Shown: positions 23,506 to 36,786 of the stretch, one piece after another
Numbering within the stretch: the stretch's first letter is position 1
Layout: the number at the start of each line of letters is the position of its first letter
NCBI GenBank assembly: GCA_973851085.1
Contig: OZ316775.1
Coordinates: 10,540,001 to 10,604,000, forward strand
DNA: 64,000 nucleotides
Direction: 5' to 3'
From: Ptychomitrium polyphyllum
Lineage: Eukaryota
The notes under the pieces: model-generated
Told to the model about the DNA's origin: nothing
Database searches by the model: none
What the model saw: the letters and a program-made list of their open reading frames with translations, nothing else
Translations under genes and position numbers: made by a program

Positions 23506-26500
23506 TGGAACAACTCGAAATGCAACACTACGCCCAATTCCTCTCGCTGCTTCCTCTTGCACTCCTCTCGGTCCAACCTAAACGCACAATTCTGTCCTGG
23601 CGTTCGCTCCTTCTCATGAAACCAACGTTCAATGCTCAAAACTCCTCTAAACCAAACCGAAGAAACTGCAAAGTAGGAGCTCGCACAAGTCGGAGCCGTC
23701 CAACACTGTAGATGATACCGACAGCTCGTCACTTATAAAATTCGAAGTTTCGACCTCCGTTCAGACGTCTCAACAAAAGAAAATCTACCAGCACATTCGA
23801 CAGAAGAACTAAAACCAAAAAAAACCTCACCCTCCTCGCTCAATCCACAAACCAGAATCGCGCCCTTGTTAAACCCAACATTCCATCGCCATTGCGTCCA
23901 ACCATCGCACCCCACACTACCACAAACCTCAACAACCAAAAACTCAAACTCGATCACGACAAGGAGAATCACCCCAAAGAGACCAATCAAGCCTGCCTTC
24001 TCCCAAAGACACCACTTTTAGAGCCTTTTCTACGCAAACGACAACCAGTTCGGATCAATTGACAGGAATAAAAACTCCAGCCAGGGGTTGAGTATGCAAG
24101 TGTCTGTATGCAGTTACGCAGTGAGTGAGGACAATGATGGAGGTGGGCGTGCATGCGATACACACAGAAAGTGTGAGAACATGAAAGTTAAGCATTCGAC
24201 TAGTTAAGTGAGTACACTAGTAAGTGGCACCTAGACTGAGGGGGGGGTGGGGGGCACCTACACCAGTGACCAGTCTGCGAGATCATGGCAGAGTGGACGC
24301 AGAGCTGGTGCAGTATGTTATGTAAGAAAGGTGCGAGTGTGGTGCAGAAAAGCTCATTTCGATGGGGCACTGGGGCCATGGCGCTCGTCAGACAGCCGTG
24401 ACGATGCAGCGACAGTCGGAGTCTCGCTCCAGTCTGGCGAAGCTGATTGACAAGCCTCGCGCCTGCCTCGGCTGCCTGCCCCTGCTCCCGCAAGGCCGCT
24501 GTTCCCGGCGGAACGGTCCTGGAGGTATTCTTCGACGGAGGTCGGTTTTGGTCGGAACGGACGTGTTCTTCGGTTCCTACGCTGAGTCTACGTCCAGGTC
24601 GGTGAGTGGGAGAGACGGTGGGACTGAATTTCATTGAGACGGTGGGCCCCAGTTGACTTACATGACCAGTTTGTTCATTAAACCCCTCGGTGGTATACTG
24701 GAAGTAAAAGAATCTGTTTTCTACTTATGGTACATTGGCCTACAAAGAATCCGTCTTCTACTTACTTGTGGGTACATTGGGCTAAAAAGAACATTTACTA
24801 TGAGTGGCTCTAAATTTCATGATAAACAATTTCAATATATCTCATATGTTTATAGAAGTTTTATAATATAGGATCAATGATTTTTCTTAAATTTAATATC
24901 ATTGATTTATTTTGAAAGGTTCAATCTTATGTAATATACATTTCATAAAATTTGCTTGATGTATCTGTAAGATTTTTAAACATATATTTTGGTTTCTTTC
25001 AATTTTATTAAATTATTTAAAACTTACTAGCAAATGTTTGCATGTTAAAACAACTAAGGTTTTATGTCCATCATTGATTTTATAAAACCTTATCTATTAT
25101 ATGTGATAATTTTGTATATTAAAGTATATTAACTAAGGAATGATATTTCACTCTTAAACTATGCCACATCACACCTATTTTAGACCTTCACGTCCTATCA
25201 TTTTTAAGATCTTCAAAGTGATCCAACAATATGTTTCATCTACAAGTCTCTTTTGGCATCAACTCAAAAGTAAATATACATTATAAAAAATGAATCTTAA
25301 ATCCTTCATGTCTTAATAAAAATAAACAATGATAATCATATGTAATAAAAATTCAAATCTTTTTATTTCAAAATAATACTTTTAGTTTCATTAAAAAGAA
25401 CTAACAAATCATATTCCAAATTTAAAAAACGACTATATATAAGACATTAAAATAATAGATTAGTAGTGTAAGTGAATATTTCAATTTTCATACTCTATTA
25501 GAATTCAATGTGGATGTTCAACACAAAAATAACAAATTGAATAATTGAAGACATATTCAAAATTCAACTCAAAATAAAAACACCACATGTATGACACTAT
25601 AGTGGTATGTCAATAAGCATAAATAGTCATGATTGTAACAAATTCATATCAATTACAAAAAATATTTTTAAAACTCAAGTTATTTGCTATGGTAATACAC
25701 CAAAAAGAGAATAAGTATGAACAATGAAAATCATTCATTCTTATATAATTAGCAAAAATATTACTCCATAGTGATATATAGTAATTTTGTGATTATTTGT
25801 GAACTACTACATTCTTAAAAAATTTATAAAATTCAAAACTTTAAACAAATAAAACATTGTGAGCTTCATTCTATTATTTATTTTATATGCAAACAAGGTC
25901 ATTTTCATGGTCTAAAAATAATTTTGACTCCAAAAAGAAACCATGAAATTCAACATACACAATACTTTTTTTGTAAAAAATTTTACTTTTGGGATTCCAT
26001 GTCAAATCTTAATGTAGCCTAAATAATACAAATTTCACACAAAAAAGTGGCTATGTACAACCAAAAACTATTTATACAAACTATAACACAAAAATCAATA
26101 ATATTAATTAAAATTTAATGGTTGTAATTGGTACATAAGCCAAAAATGGTTGTGTAATTGTTTATGAATTAGAAGTAATATCTAACATTATATACATAGT
26201 ATATACTAATCAAAAATTAGTTTTTGTCAATAACATCAAAATAAAAACTTACAAGTGAGTGAAAGTCATTTTTAAGCCATTTTAATAATCTTTACAGTAT
26301 AATTTTATTGATGGCAACTTCATATAAGTGGAAAAAGTTATAATTTGAAAATTTTGTATTACTTGAAACAAAAAGACAAAAACTCAAATTACAAAAACTC
26401 ATATTACTTTTGTACAAAAACTCATTGATTTTTATGATGGGTATCTGTTGTATGAAACAAAATTTAAAGACAGTGAATTATTACAAAATTGAAGTTTTGA

Positions 26501-27100
26501 ATTTAAAATATACAACATAAAACAAGAAAATCTGCAGGATTTCTGGAGACTTTGTCCATGATTTGCTGGGCCTGTAAGGCTAGTGGTGGAGTGGGGAAGT
26601 CCTAAAGGGTAAGATAATAGTTGTTGTTTGGGAGAGGCTTTCAGCATGCACATAAGAAATCCATATGCTCCTGTAGCTTTCATGCAGAAGTGACTTGGGA
26701 TATAGGCATTGGCTAGCGAGACACAGTTTCCCTCTAGCATTGGGTCAAAACTTTTTATTTTGGTAAGGACATAGTCTTCACATACTTCAACAACTCAGCC
26801 CCCGAGACATAGGCCAAAATTATTGCTAGCAGTGCCCGGGTCTGTGCTATTCTCCATGCAAATCATATGGAGCTCCAAGGTATTCAACAGTTTGAGAAGA
26901 ATGGACTCTTTTACGTGGCCAGCAGAAAAATAAAATCATACGACTCTTGTGGTGTGCATTGCATTTCAACTTCCTAAGGACTGTTTCTCCACAAAACAAT
27001 GATTCACACAAGTCCTCTTATTCGGAAACTGGTACTGAATATGTGGTATACAGAGCAATTTTTTAAAAAACTAAGTAACCAGGACAAGCTCCATTAGTCC

Positions 27101-27217
27101 ATCCATGACTATTTTCAAATTCATCCATGATTATTTTCGAATTCATCCATGACTATTTTCGAAGTCATCCATGACTATTTTCGAATTCATCCATGACTAT
27201 TTTCAAATTCATCCATG
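27101..27217. repeat. 22-bp tandem repeat ATCCATGACTATTTTCGAATTC, ~5.3 copies
   Basis: Units start at 27101, 27123, 27145, 27167 and 27189 with single substitutions and no spacers. Confidence 0.95.
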
Positions 27218-27743
27218 GCAACCAAGTCTTTGACACCACTAGTACATTATTAATGTAAAGTATTCATTGATCTCTTTTCCTTAAAGTACCGAACCAGTAA
27301 CAGCTCCTGTGCAGCTTCCTAAACGTTTTTTGCATACTGGATATAGTAATGAGATGGAGCCAGTGGCAAGCAAGTCATGTCTTAGGTTCATGAGAAAGAA
27401 AAATTATTATTAAAGAGAGTTGATAACCTAGGAAAAACTCCCGTGAGCTAATTAAAAACATCAATCGACATTCAATTCTAGGCAGTGCATGGACTGACAG
27501 AAACTCCAATAATACACTGCAGCTGCAGCTGTTGTTTCTGAATGCCATGAACTGGCCACCGCTGGCAAGTGGTGTACAGAAGAATTCAAATGGTAGAGTT
27601 ACTCGAGCATGGGGCTCTGGAATGGAACCTGGCCAGAAGTGGATCCAGGCAGCCTCAGCTAGTACTATAAAAAGTAGTGACCTGAAAAAGTATTGGAATG
27701 GAGAGTGGTGGTTGTGAGGTTCATCAGAGTTCATCCATGCATC

Positions 27744-27846
27744 ACCACATACCCACATACCCACACCCCCACATACCCACATACCCACACCCCCACATAC
27801 CCACATACCCACACCCCCACATACCCACATACCCACATACCCACAT
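27744..27846. repeat. 8-bp CCCACATA-based repeat with a 24-bp higher-order unit (CCCACATA CCCACATA CCCACACC)
   Basis: Directly visible; it produces the spurious HPHIPTY / GMWVCGGV ORFs. Confidence 0.95.
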
Positions 27847-29916
27847 GAACAGCAGGTGCCCTGTGCTCGACGGAAGTACATGAACAATGGTCGTTATCTG
27901 TGCCAATAAATTCAGTTAATTGCAGGTGGAGGAATCAGAAAAACTGAATCATTAATCTCGACAACAATGCTTTTCTTATGCAAAGCATTAAACATTCTGA
28001 AATATTAGATGCAAGTTCCTTGATGTTATGTGAAACCTCCGTGATTGAACCGCTAACCCTAATTTTCTGATAGAACACCTCCGAGTCACTATGACTGAAA
28101 CTATTATAAAGGTGTAATCCATTCTCTTCCTTTATATCCATCATATATATATAATTTAAACCATGTATGTGTTTTTTTATCCAAATAAACATTGAAAATT
28201 AAAATGGAAAATGGAAATCTTTGAAGCCTTATTATTGGCCGTTTTTTAGTGGAAAATCTACAATACCCTCAATCCTCAATGTGGTATTGTTATTGTTATC
28301 AGTCAAACACTTTTTGATGATTTTTTAATATTTTACTTTCTATATACTTAATACGAATAGATCAAAAATCGTCTATTTATACTATACTAAGACATATAAT
28401 TATAAATAATCATAGAATGTAAATCAAAGTTGTATTCATTTTTTAGTTGTAAGATAATAACTTCATCTTCTCATTAAAACTTAAGCATCAAATGTTGCCT
28501 TTATTTTATAGTGACTTTTGTTACAAAAATATACTATATTCATTTAATGTATTGTCAATTTCTTTTCCAATTTATGATTGTGAAACACGCTTGCATAGTT
28601 TGTAGTGTTTTGATTGTATTAAATTTATATTTTAACATTCAATTCTATTTTAAGCAATTTTGGTAGTTTTCTCTACAAACAAAATGCAAGCACCATATTT
28701 TTTAATTTATTTATTTAGAAGAATTATACACCTTCCAACTAATTTTCAAATTAAATTCAATTCAAATTCAATGAATAATGCATAAAACTATAATTCATTA
28801 TGTTAAATCTAAATTAATTTATTAGTCAATAAAAGATAAAATTGGAAGATAAAGATAGCAATTGAAGAAACCAACAAATAATTTTATTTAGTTAATGGAG
28901 CATGTTACAAAATGAAGCTATATGATGCCATAATTCTTTATATAAGATGATTTTTTTTAATTTAACTTATAAATTTATCTTTTTATTTGTAAGAATATTA
29001 GTTTTGAATAAAATGTTATTGTCTCATGTATTTATTTTTTTATATAATACAAGAAATCTACCGCAAATTATAGTTGTTGTTTTATAATTCATTGTTCATA
29101 TCATAAAACTATTTAATATTTATTTTGTTTGAAATAGTCTTTCATCTGTTTTTAAAAAATATATATAATTAATTATATTTTTTGTTTTAAAAATGAACCA
29201 ATTATTTCAGCTTAATATTATTTTATTTTATTAAGTTTAATTCATATTGGCAAAAAAAATTTATAGTACTTCAAGAATTAAATCAAAGTATAAAGCAAAT
29301 CATTTAATTTAATTTGTTATAATTTAATCAACACAGTATTAGAATGTAGTTTATTTTCAAATCTTATTAATTAACGTATCATTAATGCGTAAACTATATC
29401 AATCTAACCTCAAGAATTAAAACCATTTCAACAGAATATTTAAATCAAAATATAAAAATGGATAAATAATATACAATTATAAAGCAGTTTAATTATTCAT
29501 AAATAAAAAATTGAATAGACTAATAAAATCAACATGTTAATATTGTTGTAATTTAAACTATACCATTATGTTATTTATAATGATTTTCATTGGAAATTAT
29601 ACTTATTTTGAATTATAACTTGTAGCAAAATATCTTATATTTCCAAGGTTATTTATAAACTTATGTATCATTAACATGATTTTTAATTTACCAATTCATA
29701 TAAATTCTTTAATCAATTGATTACTCATTGAATTTTTTAATAATTTGAAGCAAAAACAATTGCATTTTTGAAATTTTGAAATAATCACTATCACAAAACT
29801 ATGCTAAAGCTTTGAAAAGCCTATAAATAGGACAATTATAAATAAATTAGTATATTATTTTATAATTCCAAAGTGATTAATACTTCATTAAAGATAATAT
29901 ATTACCTTTGAGATAA

Positions 29917-30825
29917 CAAAGTCTATTAGCTAAGTTATAAATTTGTGAGTTTTTACATAGCAAAGTTTATCTATTCAACTGTAAATACTTAATTTAAAGG
30001 ATAGTTTATTTAATCAACTATGGATAGTTTTTAAAGGGACAAAGTCTATCTACTTGGCTATAGATACATATACAAACAACAAAGCTTACTTGTTCAACTG
30101 TAGATACTTATTCAAAGGACTCAACTATAGACACTTATACAAACAATATGCCTACTGTTCAATTATGGATATTTTGTTAAAGGACAAAGTCTACCTACTC
30201 AGCTATGGATATTTACACAAACGACAAAGCCTACTTGTTCAATCATGGATATTTTTTAAAAGGACAAAGTTTACCAACTCAACTATGGATACTTACATCA
30301 ATGACAAAGCCTACTTATTCAACTATGGATATTTTTTAAAAGGACAAAGTCTACTTACTCAGATATAGACACTTAAACAAACAACAAAGCCTACTTATTC
30401 AACTATGGATACTTATTCAAACAACTCAGCAATGGACATTTATACAAACAATAAAGTTTACTTGTTAAACTATGGATATATTTTAAAATGACAAAGTCTA
30501 CCTACTCAGTTGTAGACACTTACACAAATAACAAAGCCTACTTGTTCAACTATGGATACTTATTCAAACGACTGAGCAATGGACACTTACACAAACAACA
30601 AAGCCTACTTGTTCAACTATTGATACTTATTCAAACGACTCTACTTTAGACACTTGTACAAATGACAAAGTCCATTTCTTTAGCTAGGGATATTTATTCA
30701 AACGACTTAGCTATGAATACTTACACAAACGACAAAGTTTACTTGGTTAGCTATCTAAATACTTATTCAAATGACAAAGTCTACTTGCTTGGCTATGGAC
30801 ACTTATTCAAATGATAAAGTCTACA
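29917..30825. repeat. Degenerate 40-bp minisatellite (ACAAAG(T/C)CTACTTGTTCAACTATGGATACTTA..CAAA..) with alternating A/B variants, about 20 units
   Basis: AAAG(t/c) anchors recur every 40 bp (30186, 30226, 30266, 30306, 30346), alternating aaagt/aaagc. Some units are truncated. Confidence 0.9.
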
Positions 30826-33800
30826 AATTAAACCTCAAATTAACTAAGCCTTATATCTTTTAGCATATCTAAAGTTGTTGTCACCATCTTTCATGATCAT
30901 CTCTTTTAGGAACTTAAAACCTTTGATGGCTTATTATAGCCTTAAACAATAAAATTTGCATCATGAATTTTTTTAGGTGTAAATATAGATTTTTAAAATT
31001 TTAATCCATTGCTTTATCAATAAAAGATTTTAGTAGCTTTTGTTTGATTTGGATAATTGTGTTTGCATAAAGAATGTTTAAAATATATTAATTACACAAA
31101 CATATGGTAATATTAATTGATCCATTCTTAATAGTTAAAAACATTTGGTGACTTTTGCAGCTCCAATGAGTTGCATCCAAGTGGCTGGTTATTGATTTGC
31201 ATTTGTTTTAAAAAAATACAAAATAAATTAATGCTAGTAATTTCATGACATTCTTAAGATAATTTTTTTTGAACACCTAGATGGTTTACATACTCAACCT
31301 GAATTTTTTTGAACATTAAATGAATACTTCTTACGTTCATATTGTAAGTTGATTTAGAAGGTAAATTCAAAACATCACTAAGAATCCATATAAAAAATTA
31401 AATACTTCAATAAAGAAAAAGAAAAATACTTCAATAAAGAAAACTACTAATATTATGTAAATAATTAGTAATGGTAAATTTTAACTATTTGTTTAATACA
31501 TTGAATTATTTTCAATTTAGATTTAAGATTTTATTACATGTATACATCAAGATAGAAATACATTTTTTCATTATGGACAAAATTCTAACATATGCCAATA
31601 TTTCAAATAACAATTATATATTAGGTTTTGTAAGTCTTCAAAATATGTACATGTTGGTTTTAATCTTATATTCCATGTTCACATCATGTGTAATGTAAAG
31701 TGCAAAGGAAAAGAATATTATACATGGGATGTTTTGAATCAAGATTTAAAAGGTTGTGCTTGCAAAGAAAAATATAGCTAAAATAAATTATGATTTTTTG
31801 TAAGATGAACGACCACATTGGATTCCATAACATTCATTAGCAAGACTGCTGGTCACCTGGACTCAAGGAAATTAAACTCCTTAAGTTTCCACTTCTGTAT
31901 TTGATATAATTGATATTAAAGGAAAATTTCATCCATTGCATTTGGGAAACTTGAAACATCAACTCTTCAGTTTCTTCAGTTGCATACCACATCCTTTTTC
32001 TTGTTTAGTGTCAGAATCTAAAACAACCTTGAGGAGCTGAGTGACCTAGCTCCCGCAATTAACAATGTATTCGATGCTGTTTTGATAACACTAATGCATC
32101 CAGTTCAATTCATCCCAGCAAGTGCTGAACTTAGGAGATGGCTTATTTCTCTCAAAACCTAGCAAATAAGTCCAGTGGTGAGCAGAGGTGGAGTTTCAGT
32201 GTCTCCACATCTTTTGCCTATTTGTTAGGCATTATGATGTGCCTTATTATCTGTCAGAGTAGCCTTTCCATTGATGATGGGAGAAGGATCAGGAAAGTGA
32301 TCATTCCATTCATATTTCATCCTCCTTTTGCCAATTTGGATCACATGATTTGATAATTGTCACAGTTATTTTCATTCCCAGAATCACCACCATCCACATA
32401 ATAATATTCTGCTCTGGGTGACAATGTTATATACAGTTCTATAAGTCCAAAATGATAATATCCTTTGGGGTTCTTGAGACGAGGTACAAAAGCTATGTCC
32501 ACTGAAGCAGACAAGGATAGGTGTTAGTACACTCCCACTCAATTCATGAAACCACCATGCACGGCCTGCTTCACAAAGAAAAATGTGAAAAACTTCAAGT
32601 CGTCTCTTTTAGAAAAGAATTGGTGACGACCCTGTACTGCACATATCAGAACTTCAAAGAAAGCGAAACCATGCCTACTAATTGACCATCCATGATACTA
32701 GTGAAAACAAATGATCAGATCCAATTCAAAATAAAATGTGAAAGAAGTACAAGAAAGACTAGGAATATCCTATGGAAACTTATTAAGGGGTGGAAATTGC
32801 AGGTTACAAAATATAAGACTCCTATTCTCCCAAAATGGCCCCTCCCAGTACTCTGAATATGTCCTTGTCTTAGACAGTGTTTTATTCCATTTCACTCTGA
32901 TGTCAATAACTAAGAATTGACATCATTTTTCATAATGTCAAGAGATTAGCAAGTTTGGTACTCCTCCACCAGCCACCTACCCTCTGCAAGTGAGGAGAAA
33001 AAGATACTCAGAAATGCAGACCAAAAAGGGGTACTGTTGCAGTAAGGTATCGGAGTATATGGTAGTGTATGGTACAGCAAGGTGGGATCAAGAATGGGAG
33101 AATTAAGTTAGATAATGAAGAATGAGCATAATAACTTCAGGCCTGACTTGACTTCAACCCAAACAGGTACAGATGGGCAGGTATAGTGGAGCTTATACGA
33201 CACGTCACCAACAGGAATCGTGATGTACACTCTACTCCTCCACCTGTCGTGCCACCTGGCATGCTATCTTTTGGGATGTAGCTCTACCACCAGTGCCTGT
33301 GTGAATGCTCCCTCCATTTTACCCACTTGGTTGCCTCTGCTTTTATGAAAGATGTTACCATTGTCTGTGTAGTCTTTCAAAAAACATTTGAGAGCTTGTG
33401 AAAAATGACCTTCATGTGTACTCTGGTTAGAGGGAATTAATGAAGGCCTGCATGAGTTGTATGGTTGCTACAACTTATCTCAAGTGCATGTGATTTTAAT
33501 TCTTTGGAAATGACGTGGATGAGCACTGAGGACACCTAATATGATCTGAAAAGGTGTTGTGGGCCATCCATAATGATAGTATTATCCACTTAGAAAAGTG
33601 CATCTCCAACCTTATAGGTCAAAGTTTAGCCAGTCATTGGCTGTACAGTGAAAGTGGGATCCTACTAAGCTGCCCCAGGGGGTTCCTTTTTTCAACTAAA
33701 TGAGACCCAGTTGGAACAAGAACTGGGTTCATATTCATATGTGAATAAGTTGTATTGCATGTTTTGTAAAATTACATATCCTCATCATTTGTAGGGGATG

Positions 33801-36786
33801 AGGATGCACCAGTGTACATGATAGTTCTTTTCCTTTAGAGATTTGGTTACTATTGTCTTCCCTATATGTAATCCTGTATCGAAGTTGCTTGATTTGATGC
33901 ATGAAGTGAACTTTAACCTAGCCCATCTAATTGCTATTGGGGAGTCTAGCAAAGGCAGCCAGGTTATAATTTTAGATGATACTCCCATTTGGTGACTCCA
34001 GAGAGGTCCTCATAGTATTCTCGGGTATTTTTTAAGTTGAGCTTTGACCTACTCAGGGCAAATCTAAAAGGATTGCTATGAAATGGCGTGCACTTTCATC
34101 TGAGGACATGTGCCCTTGAGTGGATATGGGTTGCTAGTGGCCAGATTGAAAAGCTCCAATTGGTGAATTCATATGTAGACATGACAAAGACTCTGTAACT
34201 TAATATGTGTTCATACTAATAATACACATCAATAGTAGCTACAGTTGATACCACAAAGTGTGTTGCCTCATTTATGTCAGATTGACAATGACTACACACT
34301 CAGAACTTTTCACCCACAGTATCTTGAGTATTCACTGTCCAGTGAAGTTGGTCACTCTAAATCCTAAATTCTAAATTCTGTGCATTACAATAGTCTGTTT
34401 GTACCTGTTGGTGGTTAATGCGACTGTTATGTGCACATTAATATACCTATTGCCACTAAATTGAATCCTATCATTTTTGCAAAAAAACACATGGATTCGT
34501 ATTTATATTTATTCATATTCCTATTTAAATTTTATATTGATGAGAACTTGGCAAGTGTCAAGTTGTCTGACAAGGAACACCCTGGAAACTTAATTTGCCA
34601 GCTCATAGGTCCATCTCTCTGGAGGCAGGATTGCCAACTTTTGTACATTGACTTCCCGTCAATACTGATACAGATTTATAACTGAGAACAGCAAGCCCGG
34701 GCACTAAGGCAATTTTCAATAATTCCTTATTTGCAATGGATCACAAAGACCATCAAAACGGTGAGAACAATTCAACTCTTGCCTTGGACCGAGGCCTAAA
34801 TGTGAGAGCTGATGTGTAAATTATATGAGCAATGTAGAAGCCTGAGGAGGCACAGCCCATGTGAGACTGCGGCCCCGAAACGACTTTTGCTCAGAATATC
34901 ACAGGAAACAAGCCCCAAATGATGCACCCCTTCTGTCGGTACTTCTCCACCACACAGTACCCCGCTAACTTATACATACTTTCCTTTTATGTACATTGCA
35001 CCTACAAGGACAGCCCAATTGGCCCATTCACAGCCCAAAGTAGCGCGCCAATACAAATGATCCACCTGGTGGTATTGACTAGATCGTATACCATTGGGCT
35101 GGGTTCTTGATTAATGTGGGCATTTCCATTGCAAGGAAAGCCTTAGTTGTCCTGTACTGATGGGCTGCTTTGTGTTTTACGACAGCAAACTGTGGCCTCT
35201 TTAGCTGCCACCTAAGACTATACTAAAGATGTATTTAGTAGTGTCAATAACTCTAAACATCTTTCTTTTTATACTAAATGCAAACCCCCAAACCTAAGCC
35301 ACCAATACTCAATGTCAATAAAATGATTTGAACAATAAGCTCTTTAACATTGCTTTGAAAATAATGCCCCTAATCAAGTAATTCACCATATGATAGTAAA
35401 CATCATATAACATTAAATACAGTTTTTATTCAACATTAAATGTGCCATATCATTGGTGAGGTGAGCTCTTCTCAAACTGTTTTGTACATCACAGTAGTAC
35501 TAATAATCTACTACTTTCCAAGAAAGTGCAGACTTTTGTGAACGATTACAAAGCAGGCCTTCATTTGGTATAGTCGTGCCATGTCTTTGGTTGATGGAGA
35601 TAAACAGCTGTCTGTAGAATAATATCCAGCCTTCATCAAGTTCTTGCACAATAGGGTAACTTATCCCAGCTCAATATCAGATCACTTGTGAAAACTGTAG
35701 TAACAAGCTAAGCTTCTGCAGCTGTAGGTTGTACAACACAATGTAAGTCTTTATCTCAGGCATGATGGTTTCGAAAGGCTGGGTGGCCTGGTAAGGAAGG
35801 AAATGCTAACTCACGTCAGTTGAAGGCTGTCTCTCTGATCCAGTCAAAGAAAGCAAAAGGGGTGGTCGGCTTCCCAAAGAAACCAACCCAACTGCCAAAG
35901 GAAGAGCGCCTGTCAGATCTGTAAGGCAGCCACAGATGGTCAAGTACACTATATCATGTGTAAGTAGCTGCCTGCAAGTGCAGCCTGCCATGCCACACAT
36001 GGCCGATAACAAGATTATCATAAGTTAGCTCTCTATCTTTATTTTACGTAACTCAATCATCACACTGGCTCATTTATCATTTGCTTACTGCAAACATCAT
36101 GGGCGGCACGTCTACCACGCTCCACCATTGCAGATTCTTCCGAAGCTCCAGCACTCTAGGCAGGACACAGAGAGAGGAGTAAAAGAAAATACTCTTTTGA
36201 GGATTTTCCAGCAGTTGAGAAGAGAATTTCCTTTCAAGGAGTCTTCCTCTGCAGCACCAACCTTACAATTGGTTCGACCCTTCCACAGCTGTACATTGTT
36301 CGGTAGTTGCGTAACAAGAATGGGTTAAGATATCCCCTGCATGGCGATATTGGTTTGCCAATTTGGTCAACACAAGAATTGGAAAAACCACACAGGAGAT
36401 CACCTTCAAGTTCAGCCTGACCTGCAATGTGGCAGATACTTTATTGAAGCTAACCATGATGATGACATGGGGTCTTCAGGGAGTTGCGCATACCCGACAA
36501 CTTTACATGGTAACTTGATCTCTTCGAACTTTAGGAACAATTTGGGGTCACTAACCACTAGGACTCCCTCACTATAATACAATCAACTCGAGATAAGTCA
36601 CTCTAAATTTTTTGTTAAGGGGGAATAAATCACGTCGAGCACATGTTACAGCTTTTGATGGGGTTGTCGTAAGGAAAACATCCTCACCCTCATGACATTT
36701 TCACTCAATCATTTGTGTTGGCAAAGTTACCGATCTAAGACCTGTAAACAGGTACATTTTGCTCTCCGCTTCAACAATATTTACAT

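Noticed and set aside
27375..27887. 170-aa ORF with GMWVCGGV repeats, and the 104-aa ORF at 30054-30368
   Set aside because: By-products of tandem repeats that lack stops in one frame.
27101..30825. The 22-bp and 40-bp arrays as possible CRISPR arrays
   Set aside because: Units are contiguous with no unique spacers, there are no cas genes, and the context is eukaryotic.
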